Source: an uncultured Bacilli bacterium
GTDB lineage: Bacteria; Bacillota_I; Bacilli_A; RFN20; CAG-449
Direction of reading: 5' to 3'
Assembly (NCBI GenBank): GCA_947626895.1
Contig: CANQTY010000001.1
Location: forward strand, 68,477-126,135
Length of the DNA: 57,659 bases
Shown here: positions 9,860 through 19,347 of the stretch, one piece after another
Position numbering within the stretch: position 1 is the first letter of the stretch
Layout of the letters: each line of letters starts with the position of its first letter
The notes under the pieces: generated by a model
Told to the model about the DNA's origin: nothing
Databases searched by the model: none
What the model saw: the letters and a program-made list of their open reading frames with translations, nothing else
Program-made: the position numbers and the translations under genes

Positions 9860-11356
9860 TTAACGATGATAATGTTTAGTTAAATAAATTAATCTTTCTT
9901 TTAATTCATTAGATAAATCCGTCTTCTTCATGCGATAAGACCAATTATCTTTCGATACTGTCGAAGGTAAATTCATTCTTGAACTACCATCAAGAGCTAA
10001 TAAATCATTGATAGGAATAATACATGTGTTCGCTTTAGAGGCATAAGCAAGTTCAATAGTTGTTTCGACTAATTCTTTATTATTATCTCCTTTAAATGGG
10101 ACATGTAATTTTTCACATTCTTTTTTCATGGAATGAACAAAGATATTATAATTCCATTCATCTAAATCACAAATATATTGATATAAAGGCATATTATCAT
10201 GAGTCCCTGTATAAATCACAAAGTTTTTCTTGCAATTCGAAGGTTTATGTTCATTATCTTCATGCTCATCAAAAGCAAATTCTAAAATCTTCATTCCAGG
10301 ATACTTTGTCTTTTTCATTAACTGAATAACGCCTTCATCAATGACTCCTAGATCCTCAGCGACAATCTTTTTATCTAATTTATCTTTAAATAAATTAAAT
10401 TTAGGTCCATCTTCCCAATGACCATTTCTTGCATTGATATGTCCATAAGGAATAGCATAATAACGATCAAATCCACGGAAATGATCAATTCTTAAAATAT
10501 CATATAATTCAAAGGCTTTATCAATTCTTTTATTCCACCAAGAATAATGATCTTTTTTCATAAGTTCCCAATTATAAATAGGATTACCCCATAATTGTCC
10601 ATCATCACTAAAGGCATCAGGAGGACAACCTGCGACAAGTTTCGGGGCTTTATTTTCATCTAAAATAAATAATTCAGGATATTTCCAAACTTCCACGCTG
10701 TCGTGAGCGATATATAAGGGCATATCTCCCATAATCTCAATTCCAAGTTTCGAAGCATACTTATGTAACTTATTCCATTCATTTAAGAATTCAAATTGTG
10801 TCCATTGCCAGAATAGATATTCATGTTCATGTTCCTTTAATATCTTCTTTTCTAAATCTATAGAATAGCTTTGATATTCTTCTTCCCATAAAGTCCAGGG
10901 TTTATATTGATGTAATACTTTTAATGTCATAAAAAGAGCGAAATCATGATAATCACCCTTTTTTAAAAATCTTTGGAAAGCTTTATTATGAATATTAAAA
11001 TTAGCAAAAGCTACTTTTAAAAGAGGAATCTTATGTTGAAATAATAATTCATAATCCACTCGATCATCACTATAAGAAAAAGGAATATTTTGATAATCTT
11101 CTTTCTTTAAAAGATGTTTTCTATTTAAAATATCTAAATCAATTAAATAGTAATTTAAAGCTGAAGATGATGCAGATTGATAAGGTGAATCCCCATAGCT
11201 TGTAGGTACAAGAGGTAAGACCTGCCAAATCTTCATATTTGCATCATGTAAAAAATCAAGAAACTTATAACTTTCTTTCCCTAATGTTCCTACTCCATAT
11301 TTGCTTGGAAGTGAAGTAATGTGTAATAATATACCTGCTTTTCTAGATGTATTCAT
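9860..11356 (-). CDS. malQ: 4-alpha-glucanotransferase (GH77)
   Basis: GILLHITSLP, WQVLPL, GDMPLY, RIDHFRGF, AEDLG, TGTHDN, RMNLP motifs. Confidence 0.97.
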   Translation of the reverse strand: MNTSRKAGILLHITSLPSKYGVGTLGKESYKFLDFLHDANMKIWQVLPLVPTSYGDSPYQSASSSALNYYLIDLDILNRKHLLKKEDYQNIPFSYSDDRVDYELLFQHKIPLLKVAFANFNIHNKAFQRFLKKGDYHDFALFMTLKVLHQYKPWTLWEEEYQSYSIDLEKKILKEHEHEYLFWQWTQFEFLNEWNKLHKYASKLGIEIMGDMPLYIAHDSVEVWKYPELFILDENKAPKLVAGCPPDAFSDDGQLWGNPIYNWELMKKDHYSWWNKRIDKAFELYDILRIDHFRGFDRYYAIPYGHINARNGHWEDGPKFNLFKDKLDKKIVAEDLGVIDEGVIQLMKKTKYPGMKILEFAFDEHEDNEHKPSNCKKNFVIYTGTHDNMPLYQYICDLDEWNYNIFVHSMKKECEKLHVPFKGDNNKELVETTIELAYASKANTCIIPINDLLALDGSSRMNLPSTVSKDNWSYRMKKTDLSNELKERLIYLTKHYHR

Positions 11357-11382
11357 GGTAAGCTCCTTTTTGTTGCATTTAA

Positions 11383-11411
11383 ATTTTAATAAAATTTAAA
11401 GTCATAAGCAA
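11383..11411 (-). promoter_or_regulatory. Probable sigma-A promoter of malQ
   Basis: TTGCTT, 17 nt, TAAAAT upstream of an AAGGAG RBS. Confidence 0.55.
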
Positions 11412-11454
11412 TAAAAAGACTTTATTTTCAAGTTATAAATGATATAATTTTTTT

Positions 11455-12441
11455 ATGAAACAGATATTTTTAGCTAAAAAAAGCAAACGAATGCTTGCTC
11501 GTCTTATAGATTTTGTTCTTGTCACAGGAATTACTTTATTGCTTTTTATGTTTTTAATCTTCCCCTTAACTTTTAATCAAGATCAATATCTAAAAAATAA
11601 TCAAGAAGCAGTTTCATTATATAATGAATCTGGCTTATTTGTTGTAGATGAAAGTGATAATTATCGAGGAAAATCTTCCTTTAATGGTTTTAATAAGATT
11701 GAAGATTTATATTCTAAAGAAGTTACCTTTGAAAATCATACTTATACGATTCAATTAACAAAATCCCTTTTTGAATTCTATACCCAAAAATATACGATGT
11801 TTGATGGTCAAAAAGTCTTTAGTTTAGATACATATAAACAAGAAATTTTAAAATTAAATACAACCGAATCGAATATTAAAGCTTATGATGAAATGAATCA
11901 TACCTTTACTTTAATGGATGATAGTAAAGCAAATGATACCATTTCATATTTTACAAGTGTTTATACAAATACGAGTCAAAACATCATGTCGAGTTCTATT
12001 ATCAAAAAATATACTGATGAAAATGAACAAATTATGTTTCATGCTTTATCCTTTATTGTTCCAACACTACTTGGAATATCTTTCATCTTTGATTTGATTA
12101 TTCCTTTATGTATGCCAAATGGTGAAACTTTAGGAAAAAAGATTATGCATTTAGGGCTTGTTTCAAAAGATGGTTATGAACTTAAAAAATATTTTTTAAT
12201 TCCCCGTTTTCTTTCATATATCTTTATTGAATATATTTTAGGTATTGTCACTTTTGGAGGAACTTTCTTAATTTCCTATACGATGTTCCTCTTTGTGAAA
12301 AAAAGAAGATGTATTCATGACTTTTTAAGTAATTCAGTCGTCATTGATAAAGATAGTTCAATTATCTTTAAAGATGCAAAAGAGGAAGCCTTTTATTTAA
12401 ATCGTCAAAAGACTCTAGGAGCCACGAATGAAACAAACTAG
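11455..12441 (+). CDS. RDD-family membrane protein with large extracellular insertion
   Basis: KRMLARLIDF, GETLGKKIMHL and RRCIHDFL RDD motifs flanking a roughly 150-aa soluble loop. Confidence 0.85.
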   Translation: MKQIFLAKKSKRMLARLIDFVLVTGITLLLFMFLIFPLTFNQDQYLKNNQEAVSLYNESGLFVVDESDNYRGKSSFNGFNKIEDLYSKEVTFENHTYTIQLTKSLFEFYTQKYTMFDGQKVFSLDTYKQEILKLNTTESNIKAYDEMNHTFTLMDDSKANDTISYFTSVYTNTSQNIMSSSIIKKYTDENEQIMFHALSFIVPTLLGISFIFDLIIPLCMPNGETLGKKIMHLGLVSKDGYELKKYFLIPRFLSYIFIEYILGIVTFGGTFLISYTMFLFVKKRRCIHDFLSNSVVIDKDSSIIFKDAKEEAFYLNRQKTLGATNETN

Positions 12442-13492
12442 TCGTGTCTCTCTAGCACAAACAAATCATAAATTATGTGCTTTTATTTTTGATTCAGTAT
12501 CTTTATTTTTATCTACACTTCTATTATATTTTGTGATTTTATATGGTGTTTTTGCTACTTGTTTTCATTATGTAGATCATCAAAATGAAATGAAAGATAT
12601 TGAAATTCAATATCGTTTAAATTTTGATAATTCTCATAGTTATGAAGAATATGAAGAAATTCTTCAAGAATTTTATTTTGAAAAATACCCAGAAGAAATC
12701 AAACAAAACTTTAATGATTATTATGAAACGAATTATAGTATTATCCATATTTATAATATTTCCGTTTTAAATCTTCCTTCAGTTGCAAGCTATAATGAAT
12801 ATAAAACCGATTATTATCAATATGTGCAAAATGATGATGGAACGTATAATGTGGATGTTCTTGCTGTAAAAATTTTAGGTTCAGGAAGAGTTTATGAACA
12901 AAATATGCATGATTTATTTTATAATTCGTATATTGAACTTCCTGGATTATTAAGAATTTTTCATCCAACTTACAATGAAATAATTGTAACAAATGAAACT
13001 TATTTAATGATTTCTCGAAGTATTGCCTTTGTTTTATCTTTTATTATTTTCTTTGTGATTATTCCCTTAACAAATAAATATGGTTGCACTCTATTTGAAA
13101 GAATTTATAAGATTACTTTAGTTCGCAAAAAAAACGGATATTTGCCTAAAAAAGGTATTTTAATTTTAAAATCTATCATCTATTATCTTATTCCTTTTAT
13201 TGGAGTAATCTTAGGAACAAGAAATTCTTTAATTATTTTATCTTTAGGCTTTTTATTTATTAACTTTTTAATGATTATTCTTTCTAAAGAAAATAAAGAT
13301 TTGCCTGAAAAGATATTAAGAATTTATACCGTATCAATTGATGAATCTCTCTTATTTAAAAATAGTAAGGAAGAAAAAGAATATTTTGATTCCCCAGAAG
13401 GAAAAAAACTATTAGAACCAGATACCTTAGAAAAATTAAGTTCAATTAAAGAAATTCATGTGATAGAAAATCCTAATGATAAAAAGATATAA
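12428..13492 (+). CDS. RDD-like membrane protein, divergent paralogue of the upstream gene
   Basis: Same architecture (KLCAFIFD, IIPL..GCTL) and a shared C-terminal S-x-x-FK-x-x-KEE motif; overlaps the upstream stop. Confidence 0.75.
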   Translation: MKQTSRVSLAQTNHKLCAFIFDSVSLFLSTLLLYFVILYGVFATCFHYVDHQNEMKDIEIQYRLNFDNSHSYEEYEEILQEFYFEKYPEEIKQNFNDYYETNYSIIHIYNISVLNLPSVASYNEYKTDYYQYVQNDDGTYNVDVLAVKILGSGRVYEQNMHDLFYNSYIELPGLLRIFHPTYNEIIVTNETYLMISRSIAFVLSFIIFFVIIPLTNKYGCTLFERIYKITLVRKKNGYLPKKGILILKSIIYYLIPFIGVILGTRNSLIILSLGFLFINFLMIILSKENKDLPEKILRIYTVSIDESLLFKNSKEEKEYFDSPEGKKLLEPDTLEKLSSIKEIHVIENPNDKKI

Positions 13493-13521
13493 TTCATCTC
13501 CTTATTACCTCTACTAGATAG

Positions 13522-13554
13522 ACAAAATAGCAACCCAAAGAGTTGCTATTTTGT
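13522..13554. terminator. Likely bidirectional intrinsic terminator
   Basis: ACAAAATAGCAAC...GTTGCTATTTTGT inverted repeat between convergent genes. Confidence 0.75.
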
Positions 13555-13592
13555 TTGTTTTAATTAGTTCTATAAATTAATCGAGTCAATAT

Positions 13593-16232
13593 CTAGTCGT
13601 TTTTAAAACCAATGATTGTTTGATATTGTCTACATTGAGTTGCACCAGATAATGTAGTATTTTCTGTACCAAAGTAAGTATCTAGATATAAGGTATATCC
13701 AGCAAAATCAACATTTGGAAGAGTTCCCACGGCATTATTATGCACAATTCGATAAGTCTTATTATTCGTAGTATCTTTAATATCAAATTTAATTTGATTT
13801 TTAGACACGGAAACATTTAAAGCAGTACAAGCATCAGTATCTAAATGGAGACCATCAACTGTTTTCTTTAAAGTGATTAGCTTTTGATAATTTTCAAACA
13901 TATCTTTATTTGTAATCTTTAAGGCATAGTTGAGTTCATTAACTTGATAACTAGATTCATAAGAGTTATGATCTCCACCTTTTGTTCTTAAGAATTCTTC
14001 TCCAGCGAGCATAAAGGTTGTACCTTGAGAAGTTAAAACCACTGAATTAGCAAGCATAGCTTGTGATTTCGCAGTAAGTTCACCAACATTTGCATTCGCG
14101 GCTTTCATACGATCAAAAAGTGTGTAATTATCATGACATGTAACGTAGTTTACAGTCTTATTTGGATCTAAAATAGTTGTTCCTGTAAATCCTTTGATTC
14201 CGTTTTGAATAGAGGTTTTATCTTTAGTAGATAATTCTGTTGTAGTATTAACAAATCCTTTTTCAGAATTTCCACTCATACCACCCTTAATTAAAGCATC
14301 TCTCATTTGATCATTAAATTGACCATAACCAACATATCTAGCACCATTTTCTTGAGAAGCAGCTTGCCCACCAGGTAAAGGTGATGTGTCCCCAGCCCAA
14401 GGTTCACCATAGACACAAATGTTTGGATTAAATGTCTTTAAATTCGCGGTTAATTTATTCATTGTATCTAAATCATGAAGAGCCATTAAGTCAAATCTAA
14501 ATCCACCAAGTTTATATTCTTTAGCTAAAAATTCTGTAGAATCTTTCATGAATTTTCTAAACATTGGCATTTCAGAAGCAGTTTCATTTCCACATCCTGA
14601 CCCATTGGCAAATGAATTACCAGAATATCTAAAGTAATATCCAGGCATTAAAACATCAAAATTAGATCCTCCCGCGGCACTTACGTGATTATAGACAACG
14701 TCCATAATAATGTTAATTCCTGCTTTATTATAGGCTTGAACTAACTCTTTAAATTCTTTAATACGTGCATATCCATCATATGGATCTGTAGAATAACTAC
14801 CCTCTAAAACGTTATAATTTAATGGATTATATCCCCAGTTAAAGGTCATTTTGGTTTCATCATTTGCTTGATCAAAGATTGGCACAAGTTGAACAGCGTT
14901 AACACCTAATTCTTTAATATGATCAAATCCAGTTTTTACGGTTATATTATTATCTGTATAGGTTGTACCTTCTATATAAGCTCCTTTAAATTTTTTAGCA
15001 AATGGTTTATCTTCTTCACGAGATGACCAAGTAGAGGATGAGGTTAAATCACTTACATGAGTTTCATACACTACGAGTTTTTTTCGATCATATTGATGTG
15101 GTGATACACTTTCCCATCCAGTAGGATTCGTTTTGGAAAAATCAACAATCATACCTCTTAAACCATTGATACCCGCGGATTTAGCATATGGATCAACGAT
15201 TTCTTGATCTTTATATTGACTATTAGTGACGACATATGTGTAATATTTTCCACCTAAATCTTCATTAACTTCCGCGGAAAATACACCTTGATTACCTTTT
15301 GTCATAGTATATTCTTCATAAGTATCATCGCCTTTTGTAGCATCAACACTTTTTGGAGTACCGTTTTCATATACTCTAACTTTTATTTCACTAGAAATAG
15401 GTGACCAAACTTTAAAGGTGGTTTTTTCTTCTGTATAAGTAGCGCCTAAATCATTACCTTCATAATTAAATTGATTAAAAACTTCATCTTTATAAAGACG
15501 ATTAATATTCACTACTTTCTTTTGAGTAATTTCTTCATCTTTAAAAGTGACTTCAACAGAATAAGTTTTTGTTAAATCTGCAGGATGATCACTTGTAAAT
15601 GTATAAGTAAATGATGTTAATTCTTCATTTTGTACGTCTTCTTCATGAAGTTTTGTTTCACCTTCATAAATTACATAATGAGTAATAGCTCCACTTGTCT
15701 GGAATGTAATCGTACTTGCATCCGTGAATTGAGGTGAAAGAATATCAAAAGTACTTACTTCACTTGCATCTGTATACACTGTTGCATCTCCTGTTTTTAG
15801 GTAAATATTATAAGAGTTATTTGTATCTTTAGTAATTGTAGAAAAATCAATAAAACGATCTTGTTCTACATCTTTTGCATCCCAGCTACCCTTGGATCTA
15901 ACGATAAACCCTAATCCATTTGTTAAAATATCTTTACTCCATGTTGTAAGGGATACTTGAGCAACAGCTCCAAAATCATCCGTGGTAGTAAATGGATAAG
16001 CTGCACCCTCTTTATTCTTTTCCCAAAGCCATAATTCCCAATTAGAATAATTTGCATCATATCGGTAATAATGGATACTAACAGATTGTCCCTCTAAGGG
16101 ATGAGGCTCTGTAGATGTGCTTAATACAGTCGGGGGTACTAATGACGCATTTGAACCCGATTCAGCATTATTGCAGCCCACTAAGGCAATACTTAGTAAA
16201 GCGATAACGCCTAGAAATAGTTTTTTCTTCAT
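13593..16232 (-). CDS. pulA: Type I pullulanase lipoprotein (CBM41-like, CBM48, GH13)
   Basis: Lipobox LVGC; CBM41-like IHYYRYD..W.LWLW; DLGATY, VDPYAK, FNWGYNP, DVVYNH, GFRFDLM, YGEPW, YVTCHDN. Confidence 0.95.
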   Translation of the reverse strand: MKKKLFLGVIALLSIALVGCNNAESGSNASLVPPTVLSTSTEPHPLEGQSVSIHYYRYDANYSNWELWLWEKNKEGAAYPFTTTDDFGAVAQVSLTTWSKDILTNGLGFIVRSKGSWDAKDVEQDRFIDFSTITKDTNNSYNIYLKTGDATVYTDASEVSTFDILSPQFTDASTITFQTSGAITHYVIYEGETKLHEEDVQNEELTSFTYTFTSDHPADLTKTYSVEVTFKDEEITQKKVVNINRLYKDEVFNQFNYEGNDLGATYTEEKTTFKVWSPISSEIKVRVYENGTPKSVDATKGDDTYEEYTMTKGNQGVFSAEVNEDLGGKYYTYVVTNSQYKDQEIVDPYAKSAGINGLRGMIVDFSKTNPTGWESVSPHQYDRKKLVVYETHVSDLTSSSTWSSREEDKPFAKKFKGAYIEGTTYTDNNITVKTGFDHIKELGVNAVQLVPIFDQANDETKMTFNWGYNPLNYNVLEGSYSTDPYDGYARIKEFKELVQAYNKAGINIIMDVVYNHVSAAGGSNFDVLMPGYYFRYSGNSFANGSGCGNETASEMPMFRKFMKDSTEFLAKEYKLGGFRFDLMALHDLDTMNKLTANLKTFNPNICVYGEPWAGDTSPLPGGQAASQENGARYVGYGQFNDQMRDALIKGGMSGNSEKGFVNTTTELSTKDKTSIQNGIKGFTGTTILDPNKTVNYVTCHDNYTLFDRMKAANANVGELTAKSQAMLANSVVLTSQGTTFMLAGEEFLRTKGGDHNSYESSYQVNELNYALKITNKDMFENYQKLITLKKTVDGLHLDTDACTALNVSVSKNQIKFDIKDTTNNKTYRIVHNNAVGTLPNVDFAGYTLYLDTYFGTENTTLSGATQCRQYQTIIGFKND

Positions 16233-16294
16233 TTTTTTCTCCTTTTTCCTTTCAACTATTTAATTAAAATGAGGGATAAGATATAATAATTTCT

Positions 16295-16759
16295 ATGAAA
16301 ATACTAGTTCATCGCATTTTATTACTGACTTTATTAATCCTTGCTTTTGCTATGGATGTTACTTTTTTAGTAGTCACCCTTATTGGATTAATTCAATCAG
16401 GTAACGTAAACTTTGATCAAATCATGTATATCATTTGTTTTATTTTATCTTTATCATTCATTGGATTAGAAATATTCAATACGATTATTTCTTTTAAAAA
16501 CGGAAGTAATTTTATTAAGAATTTAGCTTATAATGATGATAATTCTTTAAATAGTCGTTTCTTATTATTAGTAAGAATTGGCTGCTTTTTAATTCTTGGA
16601 ATTTTAATTTATGCCATTATCATCTGCTTTAATAATTCTTTATTTTTAGCAAATCTAGAGCTCGCTAGTAAGGAATTAATTATTGTATTTACTTCCATTT
16701 TACTAGTCGATGCTCTAGCAATTGCTACTTATCCATTTTTTGATAAGTTAGATAAATAA
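16295..16759 (+). CDS. Hypothetical 4-TM membrane protein
   Basis: 154-aa hydrophobic ORF filling the intergenic space; TATAAT 7 nt before the ATG. Confidence 0.7.
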   Translation: MKILVHRILLLTLLILAFAMDVTFLVVTLIGLIQSGNVNFDQIMYIICFILSLSFIGLEIFNTIISFKNGSNFIKNLAYNDDNSLNSRFLLLVRIGCFLILGILIYAIIICFNNSLFLANLELASKELIIVFTSILLVDALAIATYPFFDKLDK

Positions 16760-16763
16760 TTTT

Positions 16764-18443
16764 TTACTTTAATAATACGGTAGATAAGCGTCCAATTTTC
16801 AACGTTCCATTTTCTAATACTGGAGTTAATTTTGAACAAGATACTTCATCTACAATCGTATTTCCTAACTCTGAAACATTAATTTCTACATTGGAAGTTT
16901 CAAAGTTATGAATAACTATCACATAATCATCACCAAGAGATACCTTATACGCTAAGACATGTTTATAGTTTTGATTAATTTTACTTGTTAGATTCGTAAA
17001 GATACTCTGCTTCATAAATGGATATTTATTACGAATATTGATGACTTTTTTATAATGATTCCATAAAGAATATCCATTTTCTTTAGCTTCATATGCCCCA
17101 ACAGTAACTTGATCATTATTAGCTAAATCTTGACGATTCTTTTCAGGAAAAGCACATTCTCCTTCTTTATCTTTTGACCAAACCATTGGTAATCTTCTTC
17201 TTACATCGCTTTGATCATCAGGTGATGTATTCCTTTTCCCTTTAAGTAAAATTTCTTCACCATAATACATATATGGAGTTCCAGGAAGTAAGAAAGTAAG
17301 AGATGCTGCCATTTTAGCATAAATTTCTGAAAATGAATTTGAGGAACGATCCATATCGTGATTGGATAAGAAATAAGATGAATATCCATCTGGATTGTTC
17401 TCTTTTAAAATTCTTTCTTGTTCTTCAATTAAATCACCAAATTTATTAGAATCAACTATTCCTTTTACTTGACTTAAAATAGTATCATCACCACGTCCAT
17501 CTAAAGAAGCATTGAATTTAAAGAAGGAGTCAAAGGATGATTTATAATAATTATTTATAACATTTATTCTATCCCAACATTCTCCAACAAAATAAATCGA
17601 TGGATCAACTTTATTGATTTCATCTTTTAAATAAGAAAGAAATTCTGCATTATAAACTGTATTTTCATAATCATAATATTTTACAGCATCAAATCGAAAT
17701 CCATCAACACCCTGTTCTACCCAAAATTTTAAGATATTGACCATTTCTTCCCGAACTTCTTCATTTTCTGTATTAAAATCAGGCATAGATGAATCAAATC
17801 TAGATTCATAATAAACGCTTCCTTTTGAGCTATATCCAGTTGGCTTACTTGTCGACCAAACATACCAATCTTTTTTAGAACCCTCAGCTTCATTATTATT
17901 GCAATAATCTTCATAGGACTTTAAAAACCATGGATGTTGAGAACTAGAATGATTAAATACGATATCAATCATGATATCGATATTCACTTTTTGAGCTTCT
18001 TCAGTGAGTTCTTTAAAATCATCTAAAGTACCATAATCAGGATGTACATTATAATAATCAGTAACATCATAACCATGATATGAAGGAGATGGCATAATGG
18101 GCATCAACCAAATAGTTTTAATACCTAATTCTTTTAAATATGGAAGATTTTTAGTAACTCCTTTAAAATCACCAATTCCATTTCCATCACTATCATAAAA
18201 ACTTCTGACAAAGATTTCATAACTTGCTGAACCATTTTCATTTGTCACTTCAGCGTCAAATTCATAATTGTTGCCTTCATAGGCATTTAATTCTACTTCT
18301 TTCACTTCGCTTTTCTCACTATTGCCATTACAATCCTCGAACATTTCATCACAAATACTTGTGCTTTGAGAATTATTATTACATGCCACGAGGGCTATAA
18401 GTGAAAAAAGAGATGTGAATAATATCATTGATCTCTTTTTCAT
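16764..18443 (-). CDS. Alpha-amylase family GH13 lipoprotein
   Basis: Lipobox LVAC; YEIFVRSFYDSDGNGIGD, HGYDVTDY, DIVFNH, GFRFDAVK, VGECW, FLSNHD. Confidence 0.95.
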   Translation of the reverse strand: MKKRSMILFTSLFSLIALVACNNNSQSTSICDEMFEDCNGNSEKSEVKEVELNAYEGNNYEFDAEVTNENGSASYEIFVRSFYDSDGNGIGDFKGVTKNLPYLKELGIKTIWLMPIMPSPSYHGYDVTDYYNVHPDYGTLDDFKELTEEAQKVNIDIMIDIVFNHSSSQHPWFLKSYEDYCNNNEAEGSKKDWYVWSTSKPTGYSSKGSVYYESRFDSSMPDFNTENEEVREEMVNILKFWVEQGVDGFRFDAVKYYDYENTVYNAEFLSYLKDEINKVDPSIYFVGECWDRINVINNYYKSSFDSFFKFNASLDGRGDDTILSQVKGIVDSNKFGDLIEEQERILKENNPDGYSSYFLSNHDMDRSSNSFSEIYAKMAASLTFLLPGTPYMYYGEEILLKGKRNTSPDDQSDVRRRLPMVWSKDKEGECAFPEKNRQDLANNDQVTVGAYEAKENGYSLWNHYKKVINIRNKYPFMKQSIFTNLTSKINQNYKHVLAYKVSLGDDYVIVIHNFETSNVEINVSELGNTIVDEVSCSKLTPVLENGTLKIGRLSTVLLK

Positions 18444-18449
18444 CTCTCT

Positions 18450-19346
18450 TTATCCTTTTACTGCGCCACCTGTAACACCAGATACATAGTACTTCTGTAA
18501 GGCGAAGAACAAGATTGTAATCGGTAGTGCTACCACGACCGCACCTGCAGCGAATTGTGTGTAATAAGATGTGGCGATATCTTGACCTGTTGTGAATTGG
18601 TATAAGCCAATTGCAACTGTCCAGTTCGATGTATTTTGTAAGCCAATGATATATGAGGATGTAACATAGTCACCCCATGGTCCCATAAAGCTTGTTAATA
18701 CAGTATAGACAATAATGGGTTTTGCAAGAGGTAAGATAATTTGCCAGAAGATTTGGCTCTTTGACGCTCCATCAATCATCGCTGCTTCATCGATATTTTT
18801 AGAAATTGTATCGAAGAATCCTTTTGCAATGTAGTAACCTCCACCTGCTCCTGCAGAATAGATAATTACGAGGGAGAAATAATTTCCTTGGAGATGGAAG
18901 ATATCTCTCATAACCCAATACATGATAATCATTCCTAAGAATCCAGGGAACATACCAATGACAAGATTCACTTTCATGAAAATCGTACGAGCTTTGAATC
19001 TAAATCTAGATAAAGCATAGGCTGTTCCTAGTACGAATAAGGTCGAAATTAGACAAGATAATACTGCAACAATTAACGTATTGCAGAACCATCCAAAGAA
19101 ATATCCGTCTAATGAATGGTTAGAGGCACGAGGATTTGTAACCCCTGTAAAATTACTAAATAAATATAGATAATTATCGAAGGTAAACGTTTCAGGAATT
19201 AATTGTGAACGAACACTAATTCCACCTCCTCCAAACGATTGGAGAACAATCCATACAATTGGTAATACCCAAATGATGGACATGATTCCTAAGATTAAAT
19301 AAATGATTGTGTTCGAAATAATTCGACTTGCTTTTAAACTTTTCAT
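18450..19346 (-). CDS. malG: Maltodextrin ABC permease (MalG/MalD-like)
   Basis: AYALSRFRFK, EAA loop IDEAAMIDGA, C-terminal GVTGGAVKG. Confidence 0.9.
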   Translation of the reverse strand: MKSLKASRIISNTIIYLILGIMSIIWVLPIVWIVLQSFGGGGISVRSQLIPETFTFDNYLYLFSNFTGVTNPRASNHSLDGYFFGWFCNTLIVAVLSCLISTLFVLGTAYALSRFRFKARTIFMKVNLVIGMFPGFLGMIIMYWVMRDIFHLQGNYFSLVIIYSAGAGGGYYIAKGFFDTISKNIDEAAMIDGASKSQIFWQIILPLAKPIIVYTVLTSFMGPWGDYVTSSYIIGLQNTSNWTVAIGLYQFTTGQDIATSYYTQFAAGAVVVALPITILFFALQKYYVSGVTGGAVKG

Positions 19347-19347
19347 A

